Shown here: one piece after another, positions 26,664-35,240 of the stretch
Layout: each line of letters starts with the position of its first letter
Numbering within the stretch: the stretch's first letter is position 1
Assembly: GCA_016789455.1 (NCBI GenBank)
Contig: JAEUQU010000001.1
Span: forward strand, 33,710-97,709
Length of the DNA: 64,000 nucleotides
Direction of reading: 5' to 3'
Origin: Candidatus Saccharimonadota bacterium
Lineage (GTDB): Bacteria; Patescibacteriota; Saccharimonadia; Saccharimonadales; Saccharimonadaceae
Notes under the pieces: model-generated
Seen by the model: the letters and a program-made list of their open reading frames with translations, nothing else
Database searches by the model: none
Told to the model about the DNA's origin: nothing
Translations under genes and position numbers: made by a program

Positions 26664-27365
26664 ATGAATAAAAAGCAAAGAGTTTTCCTTCTACTTATTG
26701 TTGCGGTGGCTATGCTTGGTATCGTAGCATACCTTACAAATGTTGGTAGTTACAAACCCATTCCATCAGAAAGAAGCAATAAGGGTACTACCGACACTCC
26801 ACCGACAGTGCAAGCAGTAGAAAAGCCTGCGCGTGGCATAAGTAGCGTTGACAGACTATCAAACATTACGAGAGAGCCGACACCAGCGGGCTGGACTGAT
26901 TACAGTAATGGGGCGCTTAAGACTTCACTCTCTCACCCGACGAACTGGATGACCGACAGCGTAGATAATATCTCTCCTACTGGAAAACAGTATAGCTTTG
27001 ACATAATATTAAGCGCCAATCCTAAATCCGAAGTCGAACGATGCGTCCTGGAAATCAAGAACGTATCTTTTGCTGTTTCTGTAAAAAATTTGGAAAGTAC
27101 CGACAAAAATGATCCTGGCACAATTGATCCAAATGCAATGGTAATATGGAGAGACATAAAAGAGCGTGATGATCTTATACTTAACGGAAACACGGCATTT
27201 CGCTACCTCATGAGTCGTAGGGACGCAGCTCGGCAAGAAGCGCAAGTTAGCGTCATCTACATGATCGACTCACAAAATAAGACCTATGAATTATCCTGTC
27301 CTATACAAGGAGAAATTACAGAGCAAGTCGTTGATAAGATTGCCCAGCAAACAATCATAAATTAA
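26664..27365 (+). CDS. N-anchored hypothetical protein (paralog pair, copy F)
   Basis: 233-aa ORF with TM segment VFLLLIVAVAMLGIVAYL, collinear with 25832-26539 (see that entry). Confidence 0.55.
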   Translation: MNKKQRVFLLLIVAVAMLGIVAYLTNVGSYKPIPSERSNKGTTDTPPTVQAVEKPARGISSVDRLSNITREPTPAGWTDYSNGALKTSLSHPTNWMTDSVDNISPTGKQYSFDIILSANPKSEVERCVLEIKNVSFAVSVKNLESTDKNDPGTIDPNAMVIWRDIKERDDLILNGNTAFRYLMSRRDAARQEAQVSVIYMIDSQNKTYELSCPIQGEITEQVVDKIAQQTIIN

Positions 27366-27829
27366 TTGACAATTCGCTTTCTTCGCTGTAGCTCCCCTAC
27401 TACCTGCTCCCCATGATTCAGTGGCGTCACCCTCCCATACACCTTCACAATCCGCCCCTCCGGATTAATAATGAACGTCTTGCGCAGGATGCCTTCCCGC
27501 CCGAACATCTTCTTACCCCACGCGCTATACGCCTCGATGACTTTTCCTTCCGTATCGCTCAATAATGAAAAGTTAATATCGTATTTGGCTTTGAACTTGT
27601 CATGCGTGCTAGGATCGTCTTTAGAGATGCCGACAACTTTGGCACCAAGTGCCGTCAGTTCGTCCCGGGCGTCGCGGAAGGAGCAGGCTTCTACCGTGCA
27701 ACCCGGTGTGTCATCTTTGGGATAGAAATACAAAACGAGCCACGAACCGGCAAAGTCACCCAGGCTGACGGGCGTACCGTTATGGTCTGTTAGTGTAAAA
27801 TCCGGGGCGATTTGCAGTGGCGTATCCAT
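27362..27829 (-). CDS. bcp: thioredoxin-dependent thiol peroxidase (peroxiredoxin Bcp)
   Basis: Active-site motif FYPKDDTPGCTVEACSFRD. The start is set at ATG 27827-27829 (MDTPLQIAPDFTL). Confidence 0.85.
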   Translation of the reverse strand: MDTPLQIAPDFTLTDHNGTPVSLGDFAGSWLVLYFYPKDDTPGCTVEACSFRDARDELTALGAKVVGISKDDPSTHDKFKAKYDINFSLLSDTEGKVIEAYSAWGKKMFGREGILRKTFIINPEGRIVKVYGRVTPLNHGEQVVGELQRRKRIVN

Positions 27830-27836
27830 GGAGTAC

Positions 27837-27845
27837 AGTATAGCA
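27837..27845 (-). promoter_or_regulatory. extended -10 box TGCTATACT, 7 nt upstream of the bcp ATG
   Basis: The minus strand reads TGCTATACT GTACTCC ATG. It overlaps a plus-strand TACAGT (27834-27839) that lies 8 nt upstream of ATG 27848. Confidence 0.45.
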
Positions 27846-27847
27846 GT

Positions 27848-29086
27848 ATGGACATTCAGCAATTGCACACCCGTATCCGCGAAGAAGAACAACGTAACAA
27901 CCGTTTCCTGCACCTCACCCCTAATGAGCCGTATCCGTCGGAGACTGCCCGGGCCTTCTTGGGCTCGCGGCTGAGCGACCGCTATTACATGGGTGCTGGC
28001 GAGGATAACATGGTCGACCTGGGGCCGTTTACCGCCTTGGGCTTCCCTGGCATAGAAACGCTAGTGACCAAGGCAGAGGAAGCCGCCAAGGAAATGCTGG
28101 GCGCCAGCGTGGTCAACCTTGCCTGCCTCTCCGGTGTACACGCCATGATGTGTGCCATCCTCACCACTACCGAGCCGGGCGACGTGGTCATGACCATCCA
28201 CCACGACCATGGCGGGCATTTTGCCACCAAGGGCGTCATTGATAGGATTGGGCGCGGGCACGTCTTTACGCCGGCCTACAACACGGATAACCTTTCGTTT
28301 GACACGGAGGAGCTTGGCAAGGCCTTCAGGGAGTCCGGCGCCAAAGCCTTTTATATGGACGCCTCGTATTACCTGAACCCGCATGACCTGCAGGCCATCC
28401 GTGCCGCCCTGGGCGATGACGCCATCATCATCTACGATGCCAGCCACACCATGGGCCTCATCATGGGGCAGCAGTTTCAGGCACCACTGCGCGAGGGCGC
28501 GGATGTCATCACGGCCAATACGCACAAGACGCTGCCGGGGCCGCAGAAAGGTATGATTGCCTTCCGGGATAAGGCTTTGGGCGCCAAGGCCAATCAGATT
28601 ATCGATGATTGCCTCTACTCCAGCCCGCACACTACCTCGATGATTGCGCTGGCCACCACCATTCTGGAGATGAAGGAGTTTGGGGAGGCGTATGCCCGCC
28701 AGGTCATCGCCAATTCCAATGCGCTAGGCCAGGCCCTGGCTGACCGCGGCTACATGATGCGCAAAGCCAATACCGGCCGCTACTCCGAAAATCATCAGGT
28801 GCACTGGCTGACGGAGGGCGTCGGGGAGTACCGCAAGCTCTACAAGCAGTTCTACGCCAACAACATCACCCTCGCCTTCGACCACCCCGATATTCTGGGC
28901 CAAGGCATCTTTGTACGGCTTGGCACGCAGGAAATCACCCGCCGCGGCATGACCGAAGAAGATATGGAGAAGATTGCCGACTTCCTGGACCGCACCGTCC
29001 GCGGCGAAAAGTTCCCCGACGAGGTGGCGGTCTTTGCAGATTGGTTCCGCAAGGCACATTTCTCGTTCGACACCGTAGAGCAGTAA
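27848..29086 (+). CDS. divergent serine hydroxymethyltransferase-family PLP enzyme
   Basis: The PLP-lysine motif is TANTHKTLPGPQKGMI (canonical THKTLRGPRGG). Also present are HHDHGGHFATKG (canonical HGGHLTHG) and DASHTMGLIMG (canonical DMAHxAGLVA). The N-terminal region LHLTPNEPYPSE departs from the canonical LIASENF. The start is set at ATG 27848. Confidence 0.6.
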   Translation: MDIQQLHTRIREEEQRNNRFLHLTPNEPYPSETARAFLGSRLSDRYYMGAGEDNMVDLGPFTALGFPGIETLVTKAEEAAKEMLGASVVNLACLSGVHAMMCAILTTTEPGDVVMTIHHDHGGHFATKGVIDRIGRGHVFTPAYNTDNLSFDTEELGKAFRESGAKAFYMDASYYLNPHDLQAIRAALGDDAIIIYDASHTMGLIMGQQFQAPLREGADVITANTHKTLPGPQKGMIAFRDKALGAKANQIIDDCLYSSPHTTSMIALATTILEMKEFGEAYARQVIANSNALGQALADRGYMMRKANTGRYSENHQVHWLTEGVGEYRKLYKQFYANNITLAFDHPDILGQGIFVRLGTQEITRRGMTEEDMEKIADFLDRTVRGEKFPDEVAVFADWFRKAHFSFDTVEQ

Positions 29087-29119
29087 ACAACACCTTTCAG
29101 CACCTGTTCAGCTAAAGCT

Positions 29120-29128
29120 TGCTACACT
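29120..29128 (+). promoter_or_regulatory. extended -10 box TGCTACACT, 9 nt upstream of ATG 29138
   Basis: Variant of the recurrent motif with no Shine-Dalgarno before the ATG. Confidence 0.4.
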
Positions 29129-29137
29129 ATAGGCAGT

Positions 29138-30259
29138 ATGCCTGAGAAAATCGCTCAAGCGGCCGCCAAAGCGGAGCGCATTATTGCCCTTGATTATCTG
29201 CGCGGTTTTTTCATATTCGTCATCATCGTCGATCATCTGAACCGCTGGCCCAACATCTACGAGTTCTTCACGGGGCGCGGGGCGCTGTGGGCCTCGGCTG
29301 CCGAAGGCTTCTTCATCATCTCCGGCTTCCTCATCGGCTACATCCGCGGCCATAAGAACCTGCGCAAGCCGCTGCGTGAAATTACCGTGACGCTCTGGAA
29401 GCGCGCCGCCATCCTCTACCTCTGGTCAGTGCTGCTGAGCCTGCTGTTCATCATCACCATCTGGTATACCAACATTTCGGATACGCTGCGGCCCAACATG
29501 CCGTTCACGCCGGGCGACATCTGGGAGCCGCTCAAGCAGGTACTGCTGCAGAACTACGCCGCCGGCTGGTCGTACTTCCTTAAGCTGTACTGGATAATGC
29601 TGCTGATCGCGCCGCTGGCTGTCTGGCTGTTCCGTAAGCGGCAGGAGTGGCTGGTATTGCTGCTTTCGCTCGGTATCTGGTTCTGGGGGCAGTTTGCCAA
29701 TGTGGACTGGATGCAGTGGCAGCTGCTGTTCTTCGTGCCGGCCATCGCGGGGTTCCACCTGGACACTATCCGGGGCTGGTTCGGCAGGCTCGCCAAGCCC
29801 ACGCAGCGCCGGCTGACCATCGGCATCTTCACGGCTTTTGGATTGACGCTACTTATGGCTGCTTTTTGGACGCTCGGCTGGTTCTTCGTTGAACACCAGT
29901 ATCACATCATGACGCGCGAGCAGTACGTGGCCGAACGCTTCTGGATTGACGCGATCTTCCTGCGTGACCCGCTGACCATAGGGCGCATATTGCTTTCCTA
30001 TCTATGGTTCCTGGGGCTGCTGATGCTCTTCCACAAGCTGGTGCCGTTCATCAAGCGCTGGCTGGCCTGGCTGCTCCTCCCCTTTGGCACGCGATCACTG
30101 ACGGCCTATATTTTGCACGGCCTGGTGCTGATCATCGTCCAAGGCCTGGTGCCGGTGACTGATAATTTCTTCTTCAATACGCTGCTAGCCACCCTCATTG
30201 TGCTGGTGGTCTGGGGGTTATTGCGGCTGCGCTGGGTCCAGCGCGTCATTCCGCAGTAA
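29138..30259 (+). CDS. OpgC/acyltransferase-3-like integral membrane protein
   Basis: 373-aa polytopic ORF. The N-terminal LDYLRGFFIFVIIVDHLNRW...AEGFFIISGFLIGY is typical of OpgC/acyltransferase family 3 proteins. Confidence 0.6.
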   Translation: MPEKIAQAAAKAERIIALDYLRGFFIFVIIVDHLNRWPNIYEFFTGRGALWASAAEGFFIISGFLIGYIRGHKNLRKPLREITVTLWKRAAILYLWSVLLSLLFIITIWYTNISDTLRPNMPFTPGDIWEPLKQVLLQNYAAGWSYFLKLYWIMLLIAPLAVWLFRKRQEWLVLLLSLGIWFWGQFANVDWMQWQLLFFVPAIAGFHLDTIRGWFGRLAKPTQRRLTIGIFTAFGLTLLMAAFWTLGWFFVEHQYHIMTREQYVAERFWIDAIFLRDPLTIGRILLSYLWFLGLLMLFHKLVPFIKRWLAWLLLPFGTRSLTAYILHGLVLIIVQGLVPVTDNFFFNTLLATLIVLVVWGLLRLRWVQRVIPQ

Positions 30260-31663
30260 GCCCAACTGACTCTTACTCACGCCGTAGCGCCGGTCCAGTT
30301 CCGCCAGCCACTGCTGATGGCGCGGGTCAAACGGGTTGAACTTGCCGCCGTCGCCGCGGAAAATATGCTCTACGTCTTCGGCGGCCAGGCGCCAATAGCC
30401 GGTGTTGGCCATCAGGTAGCAGGTGTCTTTGCGGTAGGCGCCGCCACGGCCGTCGGTGCCGTTGAGCAGGCGGATGGTCAGGGCCCAGGCTAAATCGTGG
30501 GCGTAATGCTCGGCAGCCTTTTTATCATCAGGATGGCGGGAGAGTTCCCAGGCATGGAACAGGGCGTGCAATAGCCGGTACAGCTGGCTGAACGTCCACT
30601 TGCTGCCGTCCAACCCCATGGCCAGGCTGACACCGAAATGGCGGAGAATGATGTTTTCCCAGGTCACCTGGCGCGACGCCTCATTAATGCTGGCAAACTG
30701 TATCTGTTCACGCAGGTATGCCCGGCCCTCATTGGCCATCTCGTAGCCGTCCAAGCCCACGGCCAGCAGGCGCAGCGGCTGACGCATGCCGTTGAGGCGT
30801 TCCAACAGATGGCTGCCAAGCTCGTGCGCGATGACGCCACGGAACATGACCACGTCGTAGCTGTAGATTTCCGGCCTTAGGATCGTCAGCGTTTCGTAAC
30901 TCATAGACCAGTAGCGGCTGACTGCATCACCGATGGTGAAATCCGCGCCCAAGTTACGCAGAATCTGACGGACCACTATGTCCCCCTGCTCCCGCTCAAT
31001 CTCGCCCGCCGCAGGCAATTCCACTCCCGCCAGTAACTGGTCAAAGTAGCCGTCCTCTTGGAAATGCACGGCACGCACCCGCTGGAACAGCGTCTCATCG
31101 GGCAGCAAGGCTTCGCGGCCCGGTCCGCCGGGTGGTACTTGTGGCAGCAACGTCAGGGCATGGCGTGCAGCCTTCTGCACTGCTGCATTATCGTGCCCAC
31201 TCAAGCCGGTCATGGTGAAATGCAGCCAGTCGGCCGCAGCCGCGAACAACCGCCTGTCCGGCATGCCGAACAGTGTATCGTTGATGGCATGATAGGTGTC
31301 ATTGTCGTGCGCCGCGGCCGCCAGCAGCAGGTCAAGGTTAAGGATCAGCTCATCGATGCGCCGGATATACACCTCTTTCACCAGCTCGTCCGGCTCGTCA
31401 CCGGCAATTTCGTATTTCAGGCTTTCCAGGTCGCTACGCTGTATGCGGTAGCGCTCCATATCCTGCAGGTGCACCCGCAGATTTACGTCCGCGTCATAGT
31501 CTGCCGCCTCGAACTGCTGGCGCAGGGTCCGCAGCTGGGCGGGCGGCGGCAACATCGGCTCGTATATCTCCCCCGCCGCGCCCACCAAGGGCAACAAACG
31601 GTCAAACCAGCGCTGGTCGAGCGCTGGTTGCCGCGGTATCAGTAAGCGGGAGTGGCTAGGCAC
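30218..31663 (-). CDS. DUF1704-like (QEGLA-motif / MATCAP-type) putative metallocarboxypeptidase
   Basis: 481-aa ORF. The segment VIAHELGSHLLERLNG...GLDGYEMANEGRAYLRE matches my recollection of the DUF1704 signature (HExxxH ... NG ... EG-x-A). Its 3' end overlaps the convergent 29138-30259 gene by 42 nt. Confidence 0.5.
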   Translation of the reverse strand: MPSHSRLLIPRQPALDQRWFDRLLPLVGAAGEIYEPMLPPPAQLRTLRQQFEAADYDADVNLRVHLQDMERYRIQRSDLESLKYEIAGDEPDELVKEVYIRRIDELILNLDLLLAAAAHDNDTYHAINDTLFGMPDRRLFAAAADWLHFTMTGLSGHDNAAVQKAARHALTLLPQVPPGGPGREALLPDETLFQRVRAVHFQEDGYFDQLLAGVELPAAGEIEREQGDIVVRQILRNLGADFTIGDAVSRYWSMSYETLTILRPEIYSYDVVMFRGVIAHELGSHLLERLNGMRQPLRLLAVGLDGYEMANEGRAYLREQIQFASINEASRQVTWENIILRHFGVSLAMGLDGSKWTFSQLYRLLHALFHAWELSRHPDDKKAAEHYAHDLAWALTIRLLNGTDGRGGAYRKDTCYLMANTGYWRLAAEDVEHIFRGDGGKFNPFDPRHQQWLAELDRRYGVSKSQLGLLRNDALDPAQPQ

Positions 31664-32138
31664 GCCCCACCTGGCTCGTGTTAAAGTCTACCAAGCCGAC
31701 GTAGCTCTCCCAGGCGGCTTTGTCTTCGGCGCTGAGGTTTTTGGCGGCGTCCATCCACTGCTTCAGGGAGGCGAGGCTGAACTCGACGGTCTGGCCCTCG
31801 CTGACGGCGGGCGAACCGGCCGCCTGGGCCAGGTTGGTCTCTACAAAGATAATGCCGGCTTTGCCGACCTCGATCTTCTGCGTCAGGCCGTAGGTCTGGG
31901 CAGCCTTGCGGGCCAGGGTGTGGTACGAGTCTCCAGCTTGAGCAGTGTAGCGGTAGGTGGCCTGTGAGGCCGGGTTTTGAATGTGGCCTTGGTTCTGGTT
32001 TTGCGTGGCTGGAGGCTGGCTTGGCGCGGCTGGCGTGGCCGCGGCGGCAGTGCCGGCAGGAACAAGTAGCTGGGCGACGGCGGCAACCGCAATAAGAGCC
32101 GCGGCGCGGGCGGCAACCGAAAATAGAGATGTAATCAT
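31656..32138 (-). CDS. secreted protein with a LysM-like motif
   Basis: Start at ATG 32136-32138, preceded by GAGGAAA. The signal peptide is MITSLFSVAARAAALIAVAAVAQLLVPAGTAAA, followed by a Pro/Gln-rich linker and then YRYTAQAGDSYHTLARKAAQTYG. It overlaps the downstream DUF1704-like gene by 8 nt. Confidence 0.45.
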   Translation of the reverse strand: MITSLFSVAARAAALIAVAAVAQLLVPAGTAAAATPAAPSQPPATQNQNQGHIQNPASQATYRYTAQAGDSYHTLARKAAQTYGLTQKIEVGKAGIIFVETNLAQAAGSPAVSEGQTVEFSLASLKQWMDAAKNLSAEDKAAWESYVGLVDFNTSQVGRA

Positions 32139-32377
32139 TGAATTTCCTCTGCCCACCGCTTGTTAGTTTTTTGTGTGACGTGTTGGTCACAGGCATTATA
32201 ACAACGCTTATGCATAAAGTGCAAATATAGCGTACGGCTGCTTGTAAAATTAACATTTAATGAAGTAACTCTTGCGTTTATTGTGAGGCTTGGTAGTATG
32301 GTTCAGGTAAATCCGACGTACATGTCCGGAAAATAAAAAGTATAAGGGTTGTAGCAGCGAAGCATGCTTTTTTAGTT

Positions 32378-32920
32378 ATGATGCAATTCCAAAAAATGAC
32401 ACATTTTACCCCCGCACACGCCGCCAGTCGGGCCGGCTTCACCATCGTGGAGCTGCTTATCGTCATCGTGGTCATCGGCATCCTGGGCGCCATAGTCCTC
32501 AATACTTTTGCCAGTGCGCGCGAGCGTGGTTATGAATCAGCCATTCAGAGCGATGTGCGTAATGCCGCCCAGAAAATCAAAGCCTTCCATGCCGAGAACG
32601 GCTATTACCCCAATACCGCCAGCGAACTGGCCGGCCTCAAACTATCTTTTACCAAGGACGCCTACGACGGCACTGTCAACGGCATGATTTATTGCACTAT
32701 CACGGGCGGCGCCAATGAGCGCTTCTCTATCGGCGGCTGGAGCAAGGCAGGCAAGCGCGGACATTATTACTCCAGTGCATCCGGCCTGAAGCAGACCACC
32801 AGCTGGACCAATACCAATGCCTCCCTCTGCCCGCTGCTCAATGTAGATGCCACGGCACCCGGGTACATCAACCATTGGGGGCTTCTGGGCGGCAATAACT
32901 GGCAAAGTTGGACCAATTAA
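32378..32920 (+). CDS. type IV prepilin (class III signal, N-methylation motif)
   Basis: The sequence SRAG/FTIVELLIVIVVIGILGAIVLNTF has Glu at +5. The leader before the G/F cleavage site is unusually long at 19-20 residues. Two Cys lie in the C-terminal half. Confidence 0.75.
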   Translation: MMQFQKMTHFTPAHAASRAGFTIVELLIVIVVIGILGAIVLNTFASARERGYESAIQSDVRNAAQKIKAFHAENGYYPNTASELAGLKLSFTKDAYDGTVNGMIYCTITGGANERFSIGGWSKAGKRGHYYSSASGLKQTTSWTNTNASLCPLLNVDATAPGYINHWGLLGGNNWQSWTN

Positions 32921-33066
32921 CACTGGTTTTTGAGTGATTATTCTAACACTGACGCACCTTTCAACAGAGGTGACGCCACAATTATTTTTCCCTTATAAAA
33001 AATATTACAGCCACTTATGCCCAATACCGGCATTATAGGGTTGTAAACAACGTAAGGAGGAAAGAT

Positions 33067-33342
33067 ATGTTGCTAGATATCGTGTTATGGATTCTATTCG
33101 GTGCACTAGCTGGCTGGGTCGCTTCCAAGATTATGGGCACTGACGCTCAGATGGGTGCCGTTGCCAACATCGTGGTTGGTATCATCGGTGCCTTCCTCGG
33201 TGGCTTCCTGGTCCGTACGCTGACCGGCAACACCGTTGAGGGATTCAACCTCACTAGCCTGATCGTCGCCATCCTTGGCTCAGTCATCCTACTGGCTATC
33301 GTCAAGGCGTTCCGCGGCCATGGTCACCCGACCAAAGTCTAA
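33067..33342 (+). CDS. GlsB/YeaQ/YmgE-family (transglycosylase-associated) stress membrane protein
   Basis: 91 aa with ILFGALAGWVASKIMG...GIIGAFLGGFL and a strong AAGGAGGAAAG ribosome-binding site. Confidence 0.8.
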   Translation: MLLDIVLWILFGALAGWVASKIMGTDAQMGAVANIVVGIIGAFLGGFLVRTLTGNTVEGFNLTSLIVAILGSVILLAIVKAFRGHGHPTKV

Positions 33343-33454
33343 TCCCCCTAGCGTAAGCTAGTAGACTAACACCCTACCCACCCCACCCTAACTCCGAGCC
33401 TGCAGTGCACACTTCCCTGGTGAATGCTGCAGGCTCACTCTTTTATAAACAACC

Positions 33455-34225
33455 GTGAAACCGACTTTTACTACTACACGCCTGACCATCCCCACATCCG
33501 GCGCGCCCTATCATATCGATGTCCGCACACTAAAGCCGGCCCGGCCCGGCGGACGCAGTTTTATTCTTATCCATGGCATCGGGGTATCCGGCCGATACTT
33601 CATGCCGCTTGCACTGAAGCTGGCACGGCACCACACGGTATACGTACTTGATCTGCCGGGGCATGGCGACACGCCCAAGCCGGCGCGGGCGCTCGACATA
33701 AGACAGCTGGCCACGGTGGTAAATGCTTTCGTACATCACCAGCACATCAGCCGGCCCATTCTCGTCGGTCATTCCATGGGCTGCCAGATTGCCGCCAAAG
33801 CCATTGAGCTGGCACCGCGCCTGCATGGCGGCATCATATTGCTGTCACCCACCGTCAACCGCTACCGGCGCAATCGTCTCCTGCAAGCATATAGCCTGCT
33901 TTGCGATGGGCTACGCGAGCCTTTGCGGGTCAACCTGATAGCTTTTGGTGATTACCTGCAGTTTGGCCTGGCGCGCTACCTGCGCACTTCAAGCTTTATG
34001 ATGCGGGATCGGCTTGAGCAATCCATCCGGCACTGCCCGTTGCCGGGACTGATCGTGCGGGGCGGCCGTGATCCTATCACTTCGGACCGCTGGTTGGATT
34101 ATCTTTGCCGCAGTAACCCCCGGTTCACGCCAGTCAGACTGAATGACGGGCCGCACGTCATCCAATACACGCATGCCGTAGAGCTGGCGGACATCTGTGA
34201 GGGGTATGTGTTGTCTTTAGAGTAG
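33455..34225 (+). CDS. alpha/beta-fold hydrolase
   Basis: FILIHGIGVSGRYF (oxyanion region), nucleophile elbow VGHSMGCQIA, and a late DGPHVIQ His. The start codon is GTG. Confidence 0.7.
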   Translation: MKPTFTTTRLTIPTSGAPYHIDVRTLKPARPGGRSFILIHGIGVSGRYFMPLALKLARHHTVYVLDLPGHGDTPKPARALDIRQLATVVNAFVHHQHISRPILVGHSMGCQIAAKAIELAPRLHGGIILLSPTVNRYRRNRLLQAYSLLCDGLREPLRVNLIAFGDYLQFGLARYLRTSSFMMRDRLEQSIRHCPLPGLIVRGGRDPITSDRWLDYLCRSNPRFTPVRLNDGPHVIQYTHAVELADICEGYVLSLE

Positions 34226-34227
34226 GG

Positions 34228-35160
34228 CTATTGGGGCAACAGCCGGGTCACTACTTCGACGAACGGTATAGAGTAATGGTCAATGCCCGCCGGCGTCTCA
34301 ATTGACGTCTCAAAACCTTTTTCCCGATAATACGCTTCACCCTCTTTTGCGTCAGACAGGGCGTCGTAGCCGTCGGACGCGTTAGCTGCGACATCCTCCT
34401 GGCCGGTATACCACTTCATAGTGAAGGAATTGATGAACTCTTGTGACTGCGCCGCGCCCTGACCGCTATACGGCCGGCCACCGCCGCCAAAGGCGATGGA
34501 ACCGCCGCCACAGAACAGGTCGGAGTGGCCGTGCACCAAAAACGAGGTGATAAATACCGAGCCGCCGGAGTAGCCGATAAGCCAGGCGTTGCTGCGGTTG
34601 ATGTTGTATTTGGGGTAAATTTCATTTTCGAGGAAGTCGCGGACCCATTCGGCATTAGTGCCGCCGTCTTCCCACCAGGTGACCGTGCCGCTATCGGGCG
34701 TGCGGATGGCAATCAGCAGCATTTCGCGCTGCTTGGCCTGCTCGGCGTAGCCCTCCAGTGTGCCCTCGCGCAGGTTGTCAAACTCTTCGGCGCCGTCGCC
34801 GTGGAACTGCAGCATCAGGCCGAGTGGTTTGTCGGTCGGCAGGCCTTGGCCAAAGAGGTGATACTGGGCAGTGCCGGCGCTGCCGGAATAGCTTTGGTCC
34901 GTGGCGTCGGTCAGCGTGCCGCCGGTGCCGTTAGTAGCGCAGCCCTGGGCGACCGGCGGGGCCGCACCCATGAATGACAGTGCTTTGCTGGCTGAGGCCG
35001 ATGGATCGTTTTGTACGCTGGTGCCGTTGGGCGTGGCGTCTTCTGCTTCAATGCTTTTGGTGACGCCTGCGGCATAAGCAAAAGCCAAGATTATACCGGA
35101 TACAAGGACGATGGCCGCCAGCGAGACGGCGATTTGCAGTTTTAGTGTTTTCATCTGCAA
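34228..35160 (-). CDS. secreted esterase (alpha/beta hydrolase, PHB-depolymerase/feruloyl-esterase-like)
   Basis: Signal peptide MQMKTLKLQIAVSLAAIVLVSGIILAFAYAAG and nucleophile elbow LIGYSGGSVF. The overlapping ORFs are judged spurious. Confidence 0.6.
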   Translation of the reverse strand: MQMKTLKLQIAVSLAAIVLVSGIILAFAYAAGVTKSIEAEDATPNGTSVQNDPSASASKALSFMGAAPPVAQGCATNGTGGTLTDATDQSYSGSAGTAQYHLFGQGLPTDKPLGLMLQFHGDGAEEFDNLREGTLEGYAEQAKQREMLLIAIRTPDSGTVTWWEDGGTNAEWVRDFLENEIYPKYNINRSNAWLIGYSGGSVFITSFLVHGHSDLFCGGGSIAFGGGGRPYSGQGAAQSQEFINSFTMKWYTGQEDVAANASDGYDALSDAKEGEAYYREKGFETSIETPAGIDHYSIPFVEVVTRLLPQ

Positions 35161-35240
35161 TTACTATAGCATGGCGGTGTGGTCATGCTCACATTGCCAG
35201 ACTAAGGAAACATGCTATTATATGGCGGTCGTGACCACTT

